Part shown: piece by piece, positions 54,870 through 64,000 of the stretch
How the letters are laid out: each line of letters begins with the position of its first letter
Position numbering within the stretch: the first letter of the stretch is position 1
Assembly: GCA_964276515.1 (NCBI GenBank)
Contig: OZ193910.1
Coordinates: 2,852,001-2,916,000 of the forward strand
DNA: 64,000 nt
Origin: Gordius albopunctatus
Lineage: Eukaryota
Reading direction: 5' to 3'
Made by a program: the position numbers and the translations under genes
The notes under the pieces: generated by a model
What the model was told of the DNA's origin: nothing
Database searches by the model: none
The model's input: only the letters and a program-made list of their open reading frames with translations

Positions 54870-55988
54870 GTAGAGACCTGCACGGCCCGGCTTTTGCTTG
54901 GTCGGCCCGCCCGCTTCAAAAATTTCTAGGCCCGGCCCTGGCCCGCTGAGAAAAAAAAAATTTGGCCCGGGCCCGGCCCTAAACATTTTTTGCAAAACCC
55001 AGGCCCGGCCCGGGCCCGTAGAAAATTTTTTTTTTTGCAAATTTTTAAACGATTGTTATTTTTTTTATTAAAAAGTTAATTCAATATTCAGTAATATATG
55101 TTAAAAACATCAATACTGGAGCATTGTCCAACAAAAAGGATTCATCAAAAGCCCCTTTAAGTACATTATTAATGTGGTGAGCTTTACAATCCAATCGCCT
55201 ATAATTGCGAAGTGCGTTTATTATATTTGCACCTTGGTCTGATACAAAGGTAATTTTAAAAATATCATTTTTTGTTAATCCAAAAGATGTAAATTTATTT
55301 TGAATTTCATTTTTTATGTTTTCTCCACTTTTTTTCATATGGAAATTGTGAGGTAAAGAGTATCCTTTTTATAAGTTTTTCATTAATATAATGAATGCTC
55401 AACGTTATATATGAGTTTTTTGTATAATCTTCAGTCCACATATCTGTTGTGGCTGAACATAAACCTTTTTGCACATAAGATACTATTTCTGGTAATATCT
55501 GTTTACTTATGGCATCAGCAGACTGGCTAACATGTCTGGCTATAGTAGTTGGATCAGGAAAAATTTCTTTAACATTAACTTGCCCTGGTGTTACATTATT
55601 TATTAAAAACTGGCAAGTCTTGAAATCCTTTTTTGCCAAAAACTTCAAATGGTCCTAAATCTTTGGCACAAAATTTTATGGCTTCCTCAATTACTTTGGT
55701 TTTTAAAAGCTTTGCTTTTTTCGTATCCATTCCTGAAACATATTGATCCATTGTTCCAGATGTCGATTCAACACTACATTTGTGTCGTTTGAGGTGGGAG
55801 GTACCATTAGAGGGTTGGTAGGATAGATATTTTTTGCAAGTTTTGCAGATGCACACCCTAGCTTGGTTATCGTTTTCGCCCAAGAGGATATCAAACCTTT
55901 TCCATACATCACTCTTTAAGTTATGATTCAATTTGATTTTAAGATCTTTAGCTTTTCTTTTGGTAGCATTATTTAATTCTTCCGACAT
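54870..55988 (-). mobile_element. hAT (Hermes-like) transposase pseudogene, N-terminal half, plus one TIR
   Basis: BED finger SDVWKRF...CKTCKK...GTSHLKRHKC; FCAKDLGPF; PDPTTIAR; TTDMWT (catalytic D); FVSDQGANI (D); CKAHHINNVL (CxxH). Frameshifted and truncated next to TIR TAGAGACCTGCACGGCCCGG at 54870. Confidence 0.88.
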
Positions 55989-57290
55989 GTGTAATGTACT
56001 ATAAACAATTAGATAGGGAAAACGTTATTTTACAATTTAAAACAATGTTAAAGATTGAAAATTTAAAATAATCATAAAAATACTTGTTGTAAAATATAGC
56101 TGTAGTCTACTTTGCTGAATATTCAAGTCTTACTTATAAAGTATCAATTCAAATTTCGCAGTAATTTTTGTAAATGTATGAATAAAAAAGGAAAAGTAAG
56201 TGTGTTTGTGTTGCGTATTAGGACACAAAAAAAACAAATTTAAATTAATAAAAAAACAGTTTAAATATAGTTTGTCTTTGTTTAAGTTGTAATTATCTTA
56301 AGGTATTTATTACGAAACAAATAAAAAATTAGCTATTTTGCAACGAGCTTTTAACGGGCCTAGATAAAGTGTATTGGTTATATACCTTTAAAATGATACC
56401 GATGTTTAGTGTGTAAAACTACTCCATGTCTATTTGCTTATCATACAATAAAAATATCATAGTATTTATTTTAATATTTAAAAATTATTGTGAACTGCAA
56501 AGATTATTTTAAAGATCTATACTCCATATCCTAAATATTTATTTCTTTTTTTAACTCCTCTTTTTTCCGTTTTCCGCTAGATGGCAGTAATACATTAGGT
56601 TACGATGTCTATAACCAAGTAATTTCATTAGTTTTTGCTTAAACATTACACGTTTACATCTTACATAATATTATTAAAAATTTAATCTTTTTTATTTTAA
56701 TTAATGTATTCGCGAATCGAGATACAATTTTATTATAGTTTTATAATGATTCATTTATATAAAAAGGAGGCTGTTTAAACATTCCCGTTAGCAGTGTCAA
56801 AGTCAAATTTTTTAGCCTCATTTTTGTACTTAAGTGAAAAGAAATATATTTTCTTCTATAGGAGGGGGTGTAGTAAAGAATATTTCCCGCGATTAAATTA
56901 TAAATTATTGATCTGTATATTAGTGGTAAATAAATGCTTAGGTTAAAATGCTTTAGACTGGTATATAATACAGCTGATTATACTATTAAAAGTTCTCAAG
57001 TAATAAGTCTTCTATATTTTATAATTTTTATCTCCTATAAAGAATCTTTATTTTCAAGACTTATGTCAGAAATATGTATCCTTAAAGAACCCTGAGTACT
57101 ATTGAAAGAGATAACTGCATTTTCATCCTTAAAATTTTTATCCATGTGTATATATTTCAATACTCTGTCAACAATGAATCTATGCAAAGCCCGACCTCAT
57201 CTCTTGTACGGAGAGAAGGAGGGTGGAAAAATATAAATATCGTAAACATTTCATTTTCACCCCAGTAGTGAGTGGCCATCACGCGCGGTA

Positions 57291-58708
57291 ATTTAGGCCC
57301 CGATGGTACCCGATTCCTTAAACAAATGTCAGAATTTCCAAAAGAAATATTAAGCAAAAAATGACCATGGAAATTGTAAAATCCAATACAATTTTGATGC
57401 ATGGCTCTATGCATGCTTTAGCATGTATCATACACAAGAATTTGGATATAAACCTCTATTACTTTTTTATAAGAGTATAATTTTTAATTCTCAAATATGA
57501 ACAACCATCTTGAGATATATTTTTATTTATTCTGTTTTCAAGCCTAAACCAATCCTCCATAAAACTTATCAAAGTTAATCTCTAGGCAAATTTTGAATTG
57601 AAAATTAGCGAGAGTCGTATTTAATAGAGCGATAAATTTGGATAATGCCGACGTGACATATTGGGTTAATGTAAATACCTGTTATATTTTTTCCAAAATG
57701 TATTGCGCCGTGCTTTAATTTTTAAAAACACATCTTTATGTTTGTGTATTTGAATAATTCTCTTATATGAATACGATGTCATTGATTAGGATTGGTTTTG
57801 AGCGTGGAGGAATCATGATAAATACTTTAAAAATTGGAAATTTCATATCTTGTTTATTCTTTTCGACCCTGCATTTTCATAAATTTATAGTTAAAAATAT
57901 AATCACTATTATTAATAAAAGGAAGCTAAAGTTATTGTTCAAAAACCTGTGTCAAAACAAAAAACAGAGAAAATGGAATATTTAGCCCTTAGGCATTTAT
58001 TACTGTCCGCGTAAATTATCATCTACACAGTAAAAAATTCGAAGGAAAGCAAAGAGCAGAGAGACCTACTCCCCTTAAACCCAATTTTTAAACGAAAATA
58101 TGATAAAATTTTCATAAATCATCATTATCCATATCCTCACTTCTTTATATAAAATTTAATGGCAGTACTTCGATTTAAAATTTAAAGAATTTTTCATTAA
58201 CCACGTTAAAACAAATTTAAAAGATTGTTTGTAAATGCCAATCAAATTTTAAATTGTTCACCTTTTTTTGGCATTTACAACAGGGACATAGGGAGCAAAT
58301 TGCGGACATCATGACGCGAGACTTGATCTTTTGTTTGGGGACTGGGGTAAGTTTGTACCTTTTTGGATTGGATGATTTATTCCCAAGAGCGCCTTTAATA
58401 AATAATCTTTCGGGATGTATTATTCTGTAATAATAATGATTATCCCTAACTAATGTATGAGGCAACGGTGTTTCTGGGCTATTACTCTGCACAGTTAGGA
58501 TGGAATCATTTTGGTAATCGTAATAAATGTTGAGTTGTTCATTTATGGTTACCGCTCCGTTGTTATAAGTTTCAGGACTATCTTCACTATCTATGGGTGT
58601 TAAGGTGTATTCTTCGAACTCTATGTTTTCCACTTCACCACAGCCATAGAACTTGGATACGATGTAATTTACTAAGTAATTCATATATGGTAGAGGAGAG
58701 TAAAGCAT
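57291..58708 (-). CDS. Putative orphan protein with a C-terminal Cys cluster
   Basis: 163-codon ORF 58708-58217 in AT-rich DNA; likely donor AAG|GTGAAC at ~58261 could join TTTAAG|GAATCGGGTACCATCGGGGCCTAA near 57316-57293 to give ...CSLCPCCKCQKKESGTIGA*. No family recognised. Confidence 0.45.
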
Positions 58709-60545
58709 AGAATTTCACATTCTTTTCTCTATTTTATCACTATGGCAGAAGCTAGCGTCGTAAAAACGGCTGGGACATACCAAACTTTTTTCTCTTATTC
58801 TTAGCCGGCCTCAAAGCAGAGTCAAAATTTGCAAAAATAGACCAGAGTTACTCGTTAGTCTTAGTTAAACCGAAACCCATCATCCCGTTTTAGAATTGCG
58901 AATATAACGAGGTTGAGGGACGGCATCTCCGTTATGTCATAATCAATATAAACCTATAGAGCAATTATTTTAAAAAAACCGGCTTTCCTAACTCATTCGA
59001 ACCCATAAAGAAACGTCGGCTAAGCGGAGGCTAAAGACACGACGGGGTTGCAATAATTCCTGAGGATCCCGCTTTGTGGGACTTTACTATGGTGAATATA
59101 TTTGCTCAAACTTATAGTTCCCTCGACCTTATATCATCTTCGAAAGGAAGAGAAAAAAGTTGTAATACCTCAACAACTTCATCTTTGTCACATAAGTGGC
59201 CCCACGACCCTGGGTAACTGAGCAAATATCAATTATCATCACCGCACTCAACCCACGACCCTAAAGAACTTTTTCACATTAAACATAAATATGGTGAAGT
59301 GCATTTTGACACATAAAACAGCCTATAAGTTGTCAAAATATTAGAAAACCCGTGTAAATTGTATAATTTTAAAACAAGCAAAACTTTTTGTATGGTAAAA
59401 AAACCCAAAATATTTATTTTGTTATTATATTGTCGCAACTTAAAGTGTTTAAATTATTTTATATCTAAATAACGATTCCCGTTGGGTCTCCCCTTATTTT
59501 CAACCATTAATACTTTAAAAACCTTTTTTAAATCACTTTAAATTTCATTAAGGCTAAGGAAAAACTTTGGTCATAATATTTATTGATCTACGAATACACT
59601 GACAACTGCAATAAACATCGATTTAATATGCGTCATAACAATGACATATTAGAAGTCAAATTTCTAGTCGGTTCAAAGCAGTCAGGCTTCGGGAAACTTG
59701 GTTTTATTCGGGTATTTAATCTAATTTTTTATATTATATAATTAATAATTAACTTATTTATCTTTAAAAAAATTGTTTTTTTTTAAATTATAACTAAATA
59801 TAAACCCATTTATCTTAAAAATATTAAACTACTATTACAAGGATCTCTATAATATTTTTAAATTGAAGTATATTCATCTAAACGGAAAAAAGATTTCCAA
59901 AATCCGTTTCTAAATCTATTTTATAAGAGTGGTCACAATAAAATTTATATGTTGAAGAAGTATATCTTGCGAGAAAACATGAAATTTAAGGATTCAAATT
60001 TGAGTCGGGATGATCGGGCCGTTATAATAATGATTCAGGCATGGCGGAACTGGTATGCAACTTTATCGGGTCGCTTAAGGTTCAGGAAGAAAATTTTTAA
60101 AAAGCTGAATTACTAGAACATTTTTTGTTACTATTTTGAACTAATATATCAGGCCCGAGTTTAATTTCAGAACAAATATTGATTAGATTAAGCGAATGGC
60201 AAATCGGCTGAATTTATCATTTTTATTGGTTTCATCAATACTAATATGGATAACCCTCACCTTAAACCCCCTTTATTTTGACGCGACCAATTTAAAGGCA
60301 TTTTTTTCTGTTTAACATTCCAGACACCTTCTTAAGCTATAGTTTTGTAAAAAAAACTAGTTGAATAAGATATAAATAAAATTTTGGTATAGGAAACAGC
60401 GAATATTTTACATTTTTAAACCATAACTTCACATTGAACCAAATTATCGTTATTATAAAAGGAGGAGAATCGGCGATTTCACACCTTTAAAATCGCATTA
60501 CAATACTACACACATTCAGTATACAATATTTATAGTGATGTAAAT

Positions 60546-63500
60546 TTATCTCGAAACCGATTTGTTGGCGTTTTGATAGTTTTGGCTATAATAGTAAGGA
60601 CGATCAAAATCTCCATAACTCGACCCATAAGGTTTAGGTGGGTATTGATAAAATTCGTTCATGTCCTCATAGGGAGCACTTCCATACATCTGCTGACGCA
60701 TATCAACGGTCTTTTCGTAATCATAGGTCATATCGTAGAAATAGTCGAAATCGAAATCGTAGTATTGTTCGTAAAAGTAACGCAAGTAAAATTCAATCAG
60801 TTTTTTTCTGCCATATTTAAGGGAATCATACAACTTGTATTCTTTACGCTGGCCCCGGGGCGGAGGGTGTATGATGTTCAAGTACAAGCAAATATCACGC
60901 AGTTCTTCGGTATCGGCTGGGATGTAAGGTTTGAATTGTCCGGGCTGACGCCAGGGTACGTCGAAATCAATGTTGAGATCTATGAAAAATTTTGTAAAAA
61001 TAACAGATTATCTCAAGGAAGTTTTTATAATCAAATAATCCTTCTTATATAGTGATTTACGAAATTTGTATAATAATAAAACACAAAGACTAACGGCTTA
61101 AAATATTAATTTTTTACGATTTACTAAGGCTAGCTAGATGTTAGGCAAGTATGATAAAATTAAGGATTAAGCTTGCAGTAAATCTTTTTAAAAAGATATT
61201 TACAAGCACTCATAGCATATACTGAAGTTATAACTTGTCAAGAAATGGAATAAGTTAATTTTACCAAAAAACTGATATTGCAAACTATTTATTTTATGGA
61301 TTGTTTGAAAACAGAAAATCCGACAACAAATAACCAACAGCCAAAATAAAGTTTCATACTATCGAGCCTACTTTTGAAAATTAAATTATAAACAAAAAAT
61401 TCATATTTTAATTAATCCTTAAGCATAAATTTTAAACTAAAAATCGAGAGGAAAATTCAATTTATTTATAAAGTTATCGATCTCAGGTTATGGCATTTAA
61501 ACAAAATCTGCGACATCTAAAACTTTTTAAGTCAAGTTCAAACCTACTAGCCAAACTAGCAATGATGTTCTCTATTTCAGTCAATTTATTTGATTTTTTT
61601 TCCAATTTTATATGCTTAACAGTAAGTTTTTATCAACTGCCATAATAGCCTGTATTGTTGTAACATTTTATAACAATAATTAAAAATAATACTAAACGGT
61701 TATTAGTTTATAAACAATTTAAGATCTATTTTAGTTAAAAATACATAAGCATAAGCTTTTGTGAAGATGAAGAACGAAATAAAATAAGTTAAATAAATAT
61801 AAATATTAGGAAACATTCCTATGTTGCTATTAAATTTTATCTACAAATATTGATGCCGATTTTCTGTTTTATAAAAAAGATTCGCGATTATCATGGAATA
61901 GAAGGCTTGAGGGCCAAAGGTTTTGAGAGTGGTTGTCTTAATTGGACAAAAGATTATAGTATTGTAAAGTTCCGAGTATTTTGAAATCTTTGTGATTTAT
62001 AAAAAGTTTATAAAACATTGAAAAATTACATAGTCCTTTAGGTAAAAATTATTTTTCAATCTAAAAACCCAATAGCTGTTTGTCACACTAAGGTGGTCAG
62101 CTTCTTTAGATATTTGGATGAGTGGTGATGCTCGGCTATACAGGCCTGACAGCCGTGATGACGATGTGCTTTTTTATCTTTGGAAATAAGGGCAGAGGTG
62201 GGATTGAACCTGCGAGCTCTTGCTTTAATGCTATTTACGCTTATTATTATTAGACTTACTTTAGAATATGTGTGTAGCCAGGACTAGATCTAGAGGGGAC
62301 GACAATAATGAGTTAGGGAATGGCAAAATGATAATTTTTTGAAAGTTTAGTTAGAATTATATTAAATTTTGAAGAATTAATGGATTTAAAGGGGGGGGGG
62401 CAGCTGCCCTTCCCTCCGATCCCCTCGCTGCCCCCATAGGCTAGGCTATTATATAAACTAAGATGATCAAACCTTTTCCCAATTTGTAGTAGTAAACGAG
62501 TGGGGCAGCTATAACAAATGCCAAAAATATTATGGCGAATAGTGATATGAATACAAGTGACATTGTATTACCCTCCTCGTTACCAATATTCTTTATGCAT
62601 GCACCTAAAAATTAAAAAATAATAATTGATAAATAAAATTTAAATTGCTAATTTTCATATAAAATACTTTACTTTCGATAAGATTGTAGTTACTATTACG
62701 AAATAATGGAAATAAGAGTCAAATTTAATTTTTAAAAAAACCTTCTAAGGCATGAATATCAATTTCTTCATGGTTTAGAGAAATCCATTGCCCAAAATAT
62801 GGTATTTTGATTTGAAAATCTTCGGCTAAAATGTCAACTAAGGTGGGTATAAAGGCGACCGAAATATCGTTGAGAAATAAAATAAACACCAACTTTTTCT
62901 TATCGATAATTCTAGTATAAATTATTCAACAAAATAATAATATTAAAATCAATATTATATGCATAAAAATTACTTTTTCTCCAATATTGTGGCTATATAA
63001 TGCCCGTGTATTCGATCGTGGTAAATGCTATGAATCTGCAATGATATAAACCTTGGAATTAAAAATTAGTCACTATTTAACTTTTTAATGTTTTTTAATT
63101 CATATATACTTTAAAAATATTTATATTTATATAATAATAAAACATCTTATTTTAATTTCGAAATAAAACTGGACAGATAGAAAGGACCATACATCAAAAC
63201 TTTTAATATTATTGATGGGATATAATTTTAAAAATATGGAAAAAATATTTTTACAAATATTAAAAATTAAATTTGGACTTGAGCTAGTTTTGGGGTACTC
63301 TTCTTATCAGAGGTCAGATTTGTTAGAATTTTTCTGCCCGAACCCGGCCCGATTTTATAATTAATTTGCCCGCCCGGACCCTTCTATGTGCCCGCCCGAT
63401 AATGCCCGAATTATCCCAGCTGTCCGAACTGCCCGGCCCGAAATGGTGTGTTTTAAAATTTTAGCACTAATATCGTTATATTTTTTAACAATTTTATCTC

Positions 63501-64000
63501 AATTTTTGATTTTTTTAAATGAGAACTGGATTAACAAACATTATGAAATCAATTTAAAAACTGGCAAAATATGCACAAAAACAATATAATACATTATTTT
63601 AAAAACAAAATTGAGCCCGAATTGCCCGAATCTTGTTATGGTGCCCGCCCGGGCCCGCCCGAAAGTTCAAATTTACGACCGTTGACTGGCTCGTGGGCCG
63701 GACAGGCATGTTAGGGCAGCGGGCCGGGAAAATCTGGTCTCTGCTTCTTATATTAACATAGCAAGGGGGGGGGGCAAAAATGTCTTTTACATAAACATAA
63801 GTTTCCATAGCAATTTAACTAAAATTATTAAAAAGTTGGACAGAACGGGGCTGATAAGACAAAAGCGAGATTTACTTTTTGTTCGATAATTTTATATGTC
63901 GTATAAAGGTATGAGTCATTGTTATATCCAAAGGCAGCGATGCCATCTAATTCTTCGATGACAATTTGACCGACCAATCTACAATGCCAATTCTCAATAA
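60546..64000 (-). CDS. Multi-exon single-pass membrane protein with Tyr/Asp-rich C-terminal tail (5' end outside the window)
   Basis: Exons >64000-63876, 63035-62974, 62911-62742, 62604-62473 and 60979-60546 join through GT-AG in one open frame; TM segment LVFISLFAIIFLAFVIAAPLVYYY. Confidence 0.7.
62070..62255 (-). mobile_element. tRNA-derived SINE sharing head, middle body and 3' tail with the RTE at 22597-25431
   Basis: Reverse complement reads GGTTCAATCCCACCTC (B box) ... CACATCGTCATCACGGCTGTCAGGCCTGTATAGCCGAGCATCACC ... GAAGCTGACCACCTTAGTGTGACAAACAGCTAT. Confidence 0.85.
62272..62439. mobile_element. MITE family A copy (reverse orientation)
   Basis: GTAGCCAGG...TAGAGGGG...AATAATGA.TTAGGGA..GGCAAAATGAT family A body. 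Confidence 0.65.
63308..63743. mobile_element. hAT-type MITE with 8-bp TSD
   Basis: CAGAGGTCAGATTT...AAATCTGGTCTCTG termini; exact TSD CTTCTTAT at 63300-63307 and 63744-63751; GCCCG repeats. Confidence 0.85.

Noticed and set aside
60573..61052. 159-aa plus-strand ORF
   Set aside because: Antisense shadow of the Tyr-rich minus-strand exon.

Overview
AT-rich, intron-containing animal (invertebrate) genomic DNA, not prokaryotic. I spliced exons by hand using GT-AG sites and phase. Three conserved genes emerge: a CLC-7 Cl-/H+ antiporter (minus, 107-5616, 14 exons), an NMDA receptor GluN1-type subunit (plus, ~21903-38324, ~18 exons) and a MALT1-type paracaspase (plus, ~44264-53986, 12 exons). There are also three putative orphan genes (15439-16021, 57291-58708, 60546->64000). 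The rest is dense with transposons: two CRE-like RLE retrotransposon copies, RTE LINEs, a Gypsy relic, hAT and pogo-like derivatives and several MITE/foldback families. Highlights: (1) a full-length RTE LINE with a tRNA-derived head inside one 18-bp target-site duplication, plus a short SINE 37 kb away made of the same head, middle body and 3' tail; (2) a GluN1 with an intact pore but an agonist pocket changed at three canonical glycine-binding positions; (3) a paracaspase with three N-terminal Ig domains and apparently no C-terminal Ig; (4) 36-45 nt micro-introns, and a GluN1 intron made almost entirely of sense-strand AATAAA repeats. Family assignments rest on recalled motifs; no searches were run.
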